A stretch of 64,000 nt of DNA from Eledone cirrhosa (lineage: Eukaryota): positions 87,482,001-87,546,000 of the forward strand of contig OZ024745.1 in assembly GCA_964016885.1 (NCBI GenBank), read 5' to 3'. Position 1 is the first letter of the stretch; the number at the start of each line of letters is the position of its first letter. The position numbers were made by a program, and so were the translations under genes. The notes beneath the pieces were generated by a model. That model was not told where the DNA came from. It did not search any database and worked only from the letters and a program-made list of their open reading frames with translations. This document shows positions 37,944 through 50,605 of the stretch, in pieces.

Positions 37944-38608
37944 AACTTTGATAGGTTTCGGCCAGTATTGGTCCAGGTCATGTCTAACTTAATAGCACCA
38001 CCTGGCGAAGTCTTACAAATCAGTGTTTGGGCACCATGGCCCACTTGAGCAGAGAGTTATTGTTTACCGAGGCATATCCGGGTGTGGTAGGCTTATCCGG
38101 TATTTCTTGAAGGAATGTATCCAATGACATCTTGAACTTGATGGGGTTTGTCCCTGCTTTGATGTGTTTTGGTCTAATGTTAAAGAGCGCAAGGCCATTT
38201 GAGGTGAAATAATTGTGCCGTATTATTATGTGATGCGAGTGGGATTTTCGTCGTGGGAAGATAGCACGGGGCCCAATCCTTAGGTGTATACTACAGGTGA
38301 TGCCAACATCATTTGGGCTAAGCTGATGGAATATTTTCCACATCATACAGATAATGTAGCGCTCACGGCGACGTTGAAGAGAATAAAGTTTGAGCTTTTC
38401 TAATCGACCCCAATAGTCAAGGCCTGTCATACCAACTATCTTTTTTGTAATTGACCTTTGGGGTGCATCAACTTTCATGATACTTTGTTTCGTGTGGGGT
38501 GACCACAGTGGACAACAGTATTCAAGGTGGGGTCGGGCAAAAGTGGAGAAGAAAAGGACAACAGTGTGGATATCTTTCGACTGGAAAGTTCTGAGAATCC
38601 AGGAACAC
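37943..38608 (-). mobile_element. 3' fragment of a second CR1-group LINE family
   Basis: WILRTF, RPHLEYCCPLWSPH, LYSLQRRRERY and IPDKP, followed by a short 3' UTR. Confidence 0.85.
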
Positions 38609-38642
<34 letters not shown>

Positions 38643-38850
38643 CGTTTTTGAATTTATTTAGCAAGATTCTTTATCTGAAATCGTGTTGAAACCGATATTG
38701 TTATACTTTGGGAGGGTTATGTTGCCAATAAGAAACACACGCACCAGTTGTTTCACTTCAATTTATTATAATAAATTTATAATAAATTTATAAATTTATA
38801 AATTTCTGGTTGGTTGGTTGGTTCCACAACCAGATAGTTGTTTATATATT

Positions 38851-38893
38851 GTCATAGTTCTTTCGTCACACACTCTGTGACCTCTTCAGTGAC
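38851..38893 (-). ncRNA. Minimal type I hammerhead (H2) in the PLE-B pLTR
   Basis: GUCA-CUGAAGA-G[GUCACA-GAGUG-UGUGAC]-GAAA-GAAC-UA-UGAC. Confidence 0.75.
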
Positions 38894-39094
38894 TGGGGAT
38901 TCCTTTCTTTGTTTCTGTGCCTCTCCTTTGTTCTGTCCTACGCCATTTTGTTTCATTGTGTGTGTTGTGTGCTCAGTCTGCGCATGCGCCACATCCGGGT
39001 GTCTGTGTGTGTTTATGTTCATTTATTTATTTGTTTATTTACATGTTACTGGTTGGTTGTTTGTTCTATGTGTGTGTGTGTTTTCATTTTGTCC

Positions 39095-40418
39095 TTAATT
39101 GTAAGTTGTGATGTTGCTGTTCCACTCATATTCTCTATTTAATTTTGGTTGTAATTCTTTTATGTTTATTGCCTCTTTAATTTGTCTAAACATTGCGTCT
39201 TTTCTGTGTGTAGATTCTATTTTTATTTCTATGTTCTCTAATTTACCCTTATGTTCTATTTTAGCATGTTGGTAGAGTACAGATGATTCTTTACTATCTT
39301 GAAGGTCTCGCCAGTGTTCATTTATCCGTTCTCCTACACTACGAGCTGTCTCACCTATGTACACTATATTTTTGTCTCTACATTGTCCTTCAGTACATCT
39401 TATGCTATACACTACATTTCAGGTTTTACAGTTAACATGGGGGCTTATTTTACAGGTTATACATTTCTTATCTATACATGAGGGTCTTTGAAAAGGGTAT
39501 GTCTTGCTAATGAGTGTTTTTACGGAGGTACCTGGTCTTTCTACTATCTTAATATTGAATTTATGTTTGTTTAGGGCCCTTCTAAATTTGTAAGCTAATT
39601 CCCCTCTAGGTGTTGTATCGATGAACATTACACTCTGGTATTTATTGCTATCATACCATGAGTTTATTCTATTAGCCTTGTTCCTAGTTCTTTCTATTCT
39701 ATTCCAAAATGTGCTGCTATACAAGGGGCAGGTCCCATTTATGTCATTATTTACCATTTTTTCCCATTTGGTTCTGGCTCCTCTATACACTCTGATTTTA
39801 TCTCTCTGATTGTAGCCAGAGAACTGCATACGGTGGATGAAGTGTTGTATGTGTCTCTCTAGTTCTTCGGGGTTGCACATGCGGGACACGTTTCTCATCA
39901 CCCGTACCAAATCCGCAATCAGTATGTTGATTTTGGTATGGTCCGAAACGGCCGAGTTTCGGTGGATCAGATGTTTGGAAGTCATGGGTTTGGCATAATG
40001 GGAATGGAGGATTTGTTTTTTGTTGTTAATGGTATTTAACCAGAGCTCTGTGTCTAGTACAGGTAATCGATGGTTGGGGTGTTTACTTGGGTAGTCTATA
40101 GTAACTCTAATGCTCTGGTGGATGGAGTTTGCTATTTGCTGGATGCTTTCCATTGTGTTTTTCTCTAGTTCCTGACTGTTCTCTAGAGGGGGTGTCTTAA
40201 CTACGATGTTTATATCATCAACGTAGCGGGAGTACATTATCAGGGTTAAGGGGGCTTCTAATTGTTCTCTAAGTTTAAGTTTAAGTCTACTGTCCCACCA
40301 TACCATGAATAAGTTAGCTATGTCGCCTGCAATGCTAACACCAATGGCTGCTCCTTCCTCTTGGGCATATGTTTTTCCATTAAATTTGAACATATGTTCC
40401 TTAAGGGTTAGTTTTATG
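39095..40418 (-). pseudogene. PLE-B RT C-terminal half + GIY-YIG (inverted copy)
   Basis: GAAIGVSIAGDIANLFM, YSRYVDD, LPVLD, a Cys-rich linker and YSIRC..VYIGETARS. Frameshift near 39415. Confidence 0.9.
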
Positions 40419-43400
40419 AAATAACTAGGATCACCACACCAAGAGAGGAACTAATATTTATAAGCCTTATACATCCTGAAGAACAGTACATTACTCAAGA
40501 ATGTGATAAGCACTTTAACAAGAAAGTAAAGTGGCTTAAACAGATAAAGCTAAATCAGGATACTATAGAGAATACCAATAGATATCCCGACAAAATTGAC
40601 GGTATAAATATGGCCGACACCTCATTAACAGATAAGTTCAACAACAACAACAACACAAATATATACGGCAACACAAGAGTAGACGACGATGAGATATCTG
40701 TATTATTTTTACCCCCGAAATTTGCCACAGTCAAGAAGGTAAATATGATTAGTTTTCTGTCAGAAATAGAAAAATCATTTACAAAACTACGCTGGAGCTT
40801 CAAAAACAAAAACAAAAACAAAAGCAACAATATACGCACACACTTATACAACACACATCCCAACAACAACAGACAGACAGACACAACCAACAATAACAAC
40901 AACACACACACCAACAACAACAACAATAACAATATACCCAGAAACAACAACAACAGACATGCATACACAAACAACAATAACAACACACACAACAATAATA
41001 ACACACACGGAGACAACAACAACACACATCAACAACAGCACACATCAACAACAACAACAAACACGCATTCAATGCCTCTCACCACCACCACAATCTTAAC
41101 AAACACACAGACACAGAAAACAAGTAATGACAGTAGCACAGAAATAAGGGAAAGTAATAGGATTAAAAGGAGAAGGGAGACTAAGGACAAAGAAAATAAC
41201 CAAGACGAATACACAGACACACAAAATAGGGTAGATAACAACAATGAGCCAGTGGAAAGAGACAGGAGTAATTATGAGAGACATAGAAACAACCATGAGG
41301 CTGTTGGTGGAAATAGAAATAGAAACAACACAACTAACAATAACAATAGCACTAGTACACATAAAGCAGCAGCCTGGAACTCTACTTTCTATAATCCCTC
41401 GGATAAATCGTTCGACCTGCGACGAGTCCACGCCACGACTTTACCATTTAACAAACGCACGCAATTGCCGTCGCAGGTCGATGAACAAACAGAAGCACAA
41501 TTTAGTATAGCTAGATCCGAACTTAGAAATATTATAGAACAGTATAGCAAGAAGCATAATAGAATGGAGGCCCAGCAACTGGGAGAAAAATCTGCAAATG
41601 GCTTGCGTAAGCTCATGCAGCACTCACGTAATGGAGAGATAGCATGCTTTCCAACAGACAAGCTGGCAGAATGTCGGTTGACAGCCTGCCAAACTACATC
41701 CAGGCAATGCAACCCCACATCACTAACACAAGAGAGGTAACACCACAGGAGCATGAGGATAGAGAAAAAGCCCTCAATGCCCATATGGTGATGTGGACGA
41801 ATATAATGCAGCCCAACAAATGGACTGCCAACAACTTCCAGGCCTGGAACAATGACGTGCCGGCGCTGTATGGGCTTCGAAAAGACCATAAAACGGGAAG
41901 TGACCCTGTCACGGGACCACAAACACGGCCAGTCCGTGGAGCTAACGTTGCTAGTAACTACAGACTGTCCTACTTCTTCTCCCTGGTCATACGCCCCATC
42001 ATTGAAATGTCCCCAGATGTATGTGACAGCACGGAAGACCTCCTCAGCAGAATCGGCGTGAGTAACCGATCTAGGGACCTAACAAACTGCATAATAGGTA
42101 GTATCGATGTTGTGTCCCTGTATCCATCTATTGACGTGGATTTTGCTGTGGAGAAATGCGTAGAAATGATCAGTGAGAGCAAGGTTGAGTTCCGTGGGAT
42201 TGATACCAGTGAGCTGGGACTTCTACATAAGCTTACCCATAGTAATAGTTACCTAGACACTTATGACCTTAGCAACCTGTGCCCTACAAGACCAGCAAGA
42301 GGCAGACCACCTACCATTACCTCAATGGCCAAGAAAACCCACACAGATAGATGGAACGGGTGGACCAGAGCCATACGGACACCCGAAAACCACGATGAAC
42401 TGAAGAAAATGATTGCACATGCGGTAGGGGCCAGCATAAAACTAAACCTTAAGGAACATATGTTCAAATTTAATGGAAAAACATATGCCCAAGAGGAAGG
42501 AGCAGCCATTGGTGTTAGCATTGCAGGCGACATAGCTAACTTATTCATGGTATGGTGGGACAGTAGACTTAAACTTAAACTTAAAGAACAATTAGAAGAC
42601 CCCTTAACCCTGATAATGTACTCCCGCTACGTTCATGATATAAACATCGTAGTTAAGACACCCCCTCTAGAGAACAGTCAGGAACTAGAGAAAAACACAA
42701 TGGAAAGCATCCAGCAAATAGCAAACTCCATCCACCAGAGCATTAGAGTTACTATAGACTACCCAAGTAAACACCCCAACCATCGATTACCTGTACTAGA
42801 CACAGAGCTCTGGTTAAATACCATTAACAACAAAAAACAAATCCTCCATTCCCATTATGCCAAACCCATGACTTCCAAACATCTGATCCACCGAAACTCG
42901 GCCGTTTCGGACCATACCAAAATCAACATACTGATTGCGGATTTGGTACGGGTGATGAGAAACGTGTCCCGCATGTGCAACCCCGAAGAACTAGAGAGAC
43001 ACATACAACACTTCATCCACCGTATGCAGTTCTCTGGCTACAATCAGAGAGATAAAATCAGAGTGTATAGAGGAGCCAGAACCAAATGGGAAAAAATGGT
43101 AAATAATGACATAAATGGGACCTGCCCCTTGTATAGGAGCAAATTTGGGAATAGAATAGAAAGAACTAGGAACAAGGCTAATAGAATAAACTCATGGTAT
43201 GATAGCAATAAATACCAGAGTGTAATGTTCATCGATACAACCCCTAGAGGGGAATTAGCTTACAAATTTAGAAGGGCCATAAACAAACATAAATTCAATA
43301 TTAAGATAGTAGAAAGACCAGGTACCTCCGTATAAACACTCATTAGCAAGACATACCCTTTTCAAAGACCCTCATGTATAGATAAGAAATGTATAACCTG

Positions 43401-43716
43401 TAAAATAAGCCCCCATATTAACTGCAAAACTAGAAATGTAGTGTATAGCATAAGATGTACTGAAGGACAATGTAGAGACAAAAATATAGTGTACATAGGT
43501 GAGACAGCTCGTAGTGTAGGAGAACAGATAAATGAACACTGGCGAGACCTTCAAGATAGTAAAGAATCATCTGTACTCTACCAACATGCTAAAATAGAAC
43601 ACAAGGGTAAATTAGAGAACATAGAAATAAAAATAGAATCTACACACAGAAAAGACGCAATGTTTAGACAAATTACAGAGGGAATAAACAAAAGAATTAC
43701 AACCAAAATTAAATAG
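40419..43716 (+). pseudogene. PLE-B ORF: N-terminal region, RT and GIY-YIG (frameshift ~41650, stop at 43333, YVDD changed to YVHD)
   Basis: ORFs 40610-41740, 41644-43335 and 43441-43716, with LYGLRKDHK, RPV, SIDVVSLYPSI and YIGETARS. Confidence 0.9.
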
Positions 43717-43955
43717 AAAATATGAGTGGAACAGCAACATCACAACTTACAATTAAAGACAAAATGAAAACACACACACATAGAACAAACAACCAACCAG
43801 TAACATGTAAATAAACAAATAAATAAATGAACATAAACACACACAGACACCCGGATGTGGCGCATGCACAGACTGAGCACACAACACACACAATGAAACA
43901 AAATGGCGTAGGACAGAACAAAGGAGAGGCACAGAAACAAAGAAAGGAATCCCCA

Positions 43956-43998
43956 GTCACTGAAGAGGTTACAGAGTGTGTGACGAAAGAACTATGAC
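43956..43998 (+). ncRNA. Minimal type I hammerhead (H2) in the PLE-B pLTR
   Basis: GUCA-CUGAAGA-G[GUUACA-GAGUG-UGUGAC]-GAAA-GAAC-UA-UGAC. Confidence 0.75.
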
Positions 43999-44157
43999 AA
44001 TATATAAACAACTATCTGGTTGTGGAACCAACCAACCAACCAAGCAGAAATTTATAAATTTATAAATTTATTATAAATTTATTATAATAAATTGAAGTGA
44101 AAGCAACTGGTGCGTGTGTTTCTTATTGGCAACCTGACCCTCCCAAAGTATAACAAT

Positions 44158-44292
44158 ATATATATATATGTATAGATATATATATGTAAATATATATATG
44201 TATATATATATATGTATAGATATGTATATATATATATGTATATATATATGTATATATATATATGTATATATATACATATGTATATATATATG

Positions 44293-44375
<83 letters not shown>

Positions 44376-44623
44376 GTATGTATATATGTATATATATATA
44401 TGTATGTATATATGTATATATATATATATGTATGTATATATGTATATATATATATGTATATATGTATATATATATATATGTATATGTATATATGTATATA
44501 TATGTATATGTATATATGTATATATATGTATATATATGTATATGTATATATGTATATATATGTATATATATGTATATATATATATTAATATATATATATA
44601 TATATATATATATTAATATATAT

Positions 44624-44661
<38 letters not shown>

Positions 44662-44690
44662 ATATATATATATATATTTAGATATATATG
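44158..44690. repeat. (TA)n/(TATG)n microsatellite
   Basis: Direct inspection. Confidence 0.95.
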
Positions 44691-44824
44691 TGCGTGTCGG
44701 GATACATGTGAGTATGTTTCTTTTATGGATGGGCAACTTGTTAATTTTCATTATAGCTATAATTTTCAATGTAGAAATGTTTCCAGTTCTTGCATTTTCT
44801 CACTCACTTTTGCCTATTATATAT

Positions 44825-44896
<72 letters not shown>

Positions 44897-46059
44897 CTTG
44901 GCAACTTGTTGGTACGGACGGGAATTGCTGAACGTCCAGATTTGAAATTTTAAATCGACAGTAATCGGTTTATGTACGGCTGTAATTTTTCACAACACAG
45001 GGAAAACATACAAAAAAGATAAGTTTTTGTGCTTTGACGCGATTATTTTGACGTATATTTTACATAAATTAGCGTTTTAAACATGTTTATTTTCACTGTG
45101 TGATATACTCCTAAAAAACAACACACACGTGCTTTCTACCTTTATCTGACTACCATACAGAGTATAGAAGGCTAGTACGTAATTTAATTTTAATTTAACT
45201 TAAGTAGATTTTGTATTATTTTTGTTTTTCTGAGTAACATAATCTAATTTAATATAATTTTATTTATTTCTGACTCGGTGAGCAAGTGTGTTTGTTGTTG
45301 TTTGATATATTGATATTACAATAACTTTGGTCACTCTATACGGTTGCCGTTATTTATATTTGTAAACAAACATTTGAGATCAACTTATATACAAACTTAC
45401 ATCGTGTTTCTCTATATATAACTTTTTGGGTTTCATTTATTTAATTTGTTTTAGATTTATCTTATTTTATTTTATTTTATTTTATCTTAATTTATTCTCT
45501 CTCCTTTATATTTCAGAGTGCTCAACTAATCGCGCTGGAAAGTGCCAATCATATATGATCCTTTATATTTCATGTCGATATCATTTGATGTTCACTTTGT
45601 TTTGGTGTTTTAATCGCGAAATATTCTTTGAACGATGTTTATTACTAATATTTATAGTTCTCTTTGACCGCTCTCTCTCTTTCTGAATTGCTATTTCTCA
45701 CGCTGTCTCTATCTCTCTCCTTCTTCCTTCCCCTCTCTCTCTAGATCACACGAGCTCTCTCCCTCTCTCTCTCTCTAAATCGCACCTTGAATTTCTCACC
45801 GGACTTATCTATCTCTCCTCTCTCTCTAACCTTTCCCCCACTCTTCCCGCTATCTCACTCGCTCCTCTGTTCTGTCTCTCTCCCCTTTCTTTTCTTCTGT
45901 TTCTTTTTCTTTTTCTCTTTCTCTCTAGATCGCACATGCTCTCATCTCTCTCTTTTCCCTCTAAATCGCTCCTTAAATTTCTCACTGGACTTATATCTCA
46001 CTATGTCCTCTCTAACCTCTACCCTACACTTCCCACTATCTCTCTTTCTCCCCTCCACA

Positions 46060-46684
46060 GCGAAATGGACTGCATACAGGAAAAAGTTGAAATTAGGAGT
46101 CAGCGAAACTGGTCAAAGATGGAAACTAGCGGTTGTGATCAAGGGGTGGACCATGGCTGATGGGTCTCCACCAGGCAAAAAGATGGCGGAGAACCTGAAA
46201 AGCCATGGGTTTCTGAGGAGCCTGGCACAGATAGAGAGAAAAAGAAAAGAAATTGAGAAGGCGTATGTTGTCCTCATAGCGCCACATATGGCGATGCTAA
46301 GCCGTGTCTCAAGGAGGACAAAACCGAAGAGAAAGGAGAGGAGAGGGAAAAAGAAAAGGAGGAGAGCACGGATCTGAAAGAAAATGAGATACCCGCCTCC
46401 ACAGTCAGGGAGGGCAGGCCGGGCAACCAAGAAGCAAAAGGTAAAGGTGAAAAGCGAAATCACCTTCCGAAGGAGAACCAAGCGCAGAGGGACCAGTGGA
46501 CAACTGTTCAAAGGAAGAACAGAAAGCACCGAGACACTGGGAGCAAAAAAACCCAAGTAATGTGCACATTTTTCAGGAACGGGACCTGCTGCATGGAGAA
46601 ACACGGATGGGATGCACCCAGCTCTCAAACGAACTATGCCCATCCTACTCGCGCAACATGCCCCAGCCAAAGCCGAAACAAGCC
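46060..46684 (+). pseudogene. Probable LINE ORF1 remnant (basic region plus CCCH-like finger)
   Basis: Lys/Arg-rich frames, then CTFFRNGTC and LHGE..GC across a frameshift; the sequence runs into the gap. Confidence 0.4.
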
Positions 46685-46884
46685 NNNNNNNNNNNNNNNN
46701 NNNNNNNNNNNNNNNNNNNNNNNNNNNNNNNNNNNNNNNNNNNNNNNNNNNNNNNNNNNNNNNNNNNNNNNNNNNNNNNNNNNNNNNNNNNNNNNNNNNN
46801 NNNNNNNNNNNNNNNNNNNNNNNNNNNNNNNNNNNNNNNNNNNNNNNNNNNNNNNNNNNNNNNNNNNNNNNNNNNNNNNNNNNN
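46685..46884. other. Assembly gap (200 N)
   Basis: Run of n. Confidence 1.
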
Positions 46885-47129
46885 ACCCTGAAAAATTCCA
46901 GAATTAATATTAACTTCTCCAGCTTCCAGTGATTTTGTTTCACTATTCAAAAGGAGTGTCGTTTTCCATGTCTTCATACTGAATGACAAAAACCTCCTGA
47001 CAACGGGAGATATTTTGAAAATCTCTAAACTTTTTTCAATCCAACTGTGTGGCAAACTATCGAATGCTTTTTTATAATCTATCCAAGCAATTGATAGATT
47101 TTTGTGTCTATTATGACAATCTTCCAGTA
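46885..47129 (-). mobile_element. Dong family A RT fragment
   Basis: WIDYKKAFDSLPHSW..GIFQG, near-identical to 49910-50154. Confidence 0.9.
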
Positions 47130-47145
47130 TTATTATTATTATTAC

Positions 47146-48084
47146 TCTTTGAGTCTCAGTCATTGATGTTAGTTAACTCGAAAGTTTGTTGAAATGAATA
47201 TCAAGCCACTACCTGCAGCCTCAGATATTCAGGACGTATCGGAGGGTTCTTGCTGTTCCCAGCAAGCATGCCTTTTAAAGCGTTCTAAAAAGCGTGAAGG
47301 GGCCAATTTTCTTTAACCATCCCTGGAAACTTTTTGAGTTAGTCCCTAGTGCGCCTATGACAATCGGGATCACTTTCACTTCATGGCAGTTCCAAATCCT
47401 TTTAACCTCCCACTTTAAGTCCTGGTATCGGTTAATTTTCTCCCTCTCCTTCTCTTGCACTCTTGTGTCGAATGGGCAGGCCACATCCACAATCAGGCAC
47501 GATCTTTTTTCTTTGTCCACAACCACCAGGTCAGGTCTATTGTGTTCCAGTTTCTTGTCGGTCTGTATCCTAAAATCCCACAGCACCTTCACCTGATCGT
47601 TTTCTATCACCGCCTCTGGCTTATGCTCATACTACTTCTCAGAATGTGGTAAATTGTTTACTTTGCATAGGTGCCAGTGGATCACCCTGCCCATCACATC
47701 ATGTTTCCAGCTCTTATAGTGAGTCTGGCCTAGGTGTTTACACTCGGATACAATGTGAGCCACAGTCTCCTCTCTCTCTCCACATATCCTGCACAGTGGG
47801 CTAGCCTCCTCCTTGTAAATATGGTGTTTCAACCACTTCGTTTTGAGGGCCTGCTCCTGCACAGCCATTAACATTCCTTCTGTAGCCTTTTTAAGGTCTC
47901 CTCTTTTCAACCAGTTCCATGTCAGTGGATCTCTAAATTCAGTTTTCTCAAAGAAGGTACTATGAAGGGATTTTTCATGAAGAATGCTCTTTCTCGTTGA
48001 GGTTATTTCCTCCTTGGACATCCCCTGGCCTATTGTCCCCTCCTTCAGTACAGTTCTGAGCATTGGCTACTTACTATCAGTCAC
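47146..48084 (-). mobile_element. Dong family B 3' portion (CCHC + RLE) with (TAA)n tail
   Basis: CRICGEREETVAHIVSEC, RPDLVVVD, VDVACP and PIVIGALG. Confidence 0.9.
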
Positions 48085-48102
48085 ATTATTATTATTATTA
48101 TT

Positions 48103-50605
48103 ACAGTTGCATTTATCTTGCTTTATGTTCATACGAGTTATCACCAAGTCACTACCAGTGACCTCAAGAGACAACAAGGTCCGCCATGTTCAAGAAAGAA
48201 CATACATATTCACACATGCATCTTTAGTGTTTAGACTTGTGATGTACTTATATTGACAGAATCTTCCTTAGTATATGGGCAGTTCCCATTAGTACTATCT
48301 TTTGTATTTCTCCTATACGCGGGTTTCCTGGGATTTGCGATAAGTAATCATTAGACCCCTTAGGTATCATTCCCAGAGCGCCTACAACCACTGGTATTGT
48401 TTTAGTTCTCAATTTCCACATTTTTCCAATTTCTATCTCCAGGTCCTTATACTTGCTCAATTTTTCAAATGTTTTTATAGATACATTCTTGTCTATTGGA
48501 ACAGACATATCAATTAGCAGGCATACCCTCCTTTGAAAGTCCTTCAATATTATATCAGGTCTATTTGCATCTATTTTTCGGTCTGTTTGGATGCTAAAGT
48601 TCCACAAGATTTAGATGTGATCTTTTTCAAGTATGGGAGGTGGTTGATGCTCCCACCAATTCTTTTGATGGGGCAGGTCAAAATGCTTACACATTATCCA
48701 ATGTATATATTGTGCAGCTCTGTCAGGCCTGTTTAGGTATTCGGTTGGAGCTATAGGACTGCACATTGAAATTATATGGTCAATGGTCTCTGGTTGTTTT
48801 TTGCATACACGGCATAATGGGCTGCACCCATTTTTTATTATGTTGGCTTGGTAATTTTTTGTTGGCAGACACTGATCTTGTGCCGATATAATCAGTCCTT
48901 CAGTCTCCGATTTCAGTCCAGAGGATGCCAACCCTTGATGGGTTAAAGTTTTGTCAACATCAGGATTGTTAGCTCGCTCTGGGTATTTTCCATACAGAGG
49001 CTTTTCTTGCCATTTCTTAGCCAGTTTCTGTAGCAGTTCTTACTTTGCCGTTACTTTTACCTTCTTTGCTTTTTCTGTGTTTTCCATTTCAGCAGTAAAT
49101 GGGACTTCTGAAATTTGTAGTCCATTACTGTATCTTTGTGCATCTTTTGTAATGGAATATGATCTTTTGATGCTTTCTGTTTCCAAACGAGTTTGATCAT
49201 CCAATCATGTGATTCCCTTAGATATGTAGATAATCCAATTGTTGCAGTTTTCAACGCAATGTCTAACTGGATTAACCCACGTCCTCCTTCTTTCCTAGGG
49301 AGATATATTCTATCCATATCTACCTTAGGGTGATGCATTCTGTGCATGGTTAAGAATTTTCAAATTTTTGTATCCAGCCTACGGATCTCTGTGCTTGACC
49401 AGTTGATGACATTGTAACTGTAGGTTACTACTGGTATGGCAAGCGTGTTTATGGCATCGATCCTATTGTTTGCATTCAATTCCGTTCTTAAGATTGCTCT
49501 TACTCTGCGGTAACATTCCTTCCTTATCCTTTCCCTCATTGTCGAGTGCTTGATTCCGTCTCCTTCACAAACACCTAGATATTTGTAGGTTTTTTCTTGA
49601 TCAAGTTCTCTTATCACGTTCCCCCGATCAAGATTAATGTCTGAACTCTTCAGCAGCTTTCCTCTGGTGAACGTTGCTTTGGCGCATTTATCTAGTCCAA
49701 ACTCCATTTTAATGTCATCACTGAACTGCTTAACAGTGGATAATAGCCCTTGCAATTGTTCATCATTTTTTGCAAATAGTTTCAGGTCATCCATGTAGAA
49801 CAGGTGATTAATGGTTTTGTCATAGACTCTATATCCATGTTTTGTTTCATTAAACATTTTACTTAATGGTATAAGTGCGATGCAGAATAAAAGCGGTGAT
49901 AAAGAGTCACCCTGAAAAATTCCACAATTAATATTAACTTCTCCAGCTTCCAGTGATTTTGTTTCACTATTCAAAAGGAGTGTCGTTTTCCACGTCTTCA
50001 TACTGAATGACAAAAACCTCCTGACAACGGGGGATATTTTGAAAATCTCTAAACATTTTTCAATCCAACTGTGTGGCAAACTATCGAATGCTTTTTTATA
50101 ATCTATCCAAGCAATCGATAGAATTTTGTGTCTATTATGACAATCTTCCAGTATCATTTTGTTAACCAGAAGCTGATCCTTACAGCCATATGAGCCTCGT
50201 TTACACCCTTTCTGCTCAATGGGAAATAGGTCATTTGTTATCAGGTGGTCATATGTGTATTCAGTTAGGACTGATGTTAAAATTTTATACATTGTGGTCC
50301 AGCAAGTTATCGGTCTGTAATTTTTGGGATTGTTTGTCTCATCATTCTTCGGAAGCAGGAATGTAATGCCGTTAACTAGCCATGATGGTATCTTTTCTGG
50401 CTCCTTAACTGTTTCATTGTAAAGTTGGGCTAACAGCTCATGAGACTCTGTGAAGGCATTTATCCAAAAGATTTGTATTTTCTCTTTTCCTGGGGATTTC
50501 CATTTGCTGGTTTTTCTTAGAGCCAAGCGCAACTGTTCAACTGTTATATTTTCCCATGTTTGTTCCTCAAGGTGAGCTGTATCTTTCATTTGTCTGTCTA
50601 TCCAG
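48103..50605 (-). mobile_element. Dong family A, 5'-truncated (RT, CCHC, RLE) with (TAA)n tail
   Basis: NYRPITC, DYKKAFD, GIFQGDSLSPLLF, YMDD, CRVC..HIISMC and RPDIILKD. Confidence 0.93.

Larger units (their letters stand above)
38641..44157. mobile_element. Penelope-like element B: forward copy (40419-44157) fused head-to-head to an inverted 5'-truncated copy (38641-40418)
   Basis: 38697-40418 is the reverse complement of ~42436-44157, with (TA)n at both ends. Confidence 0.92.
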
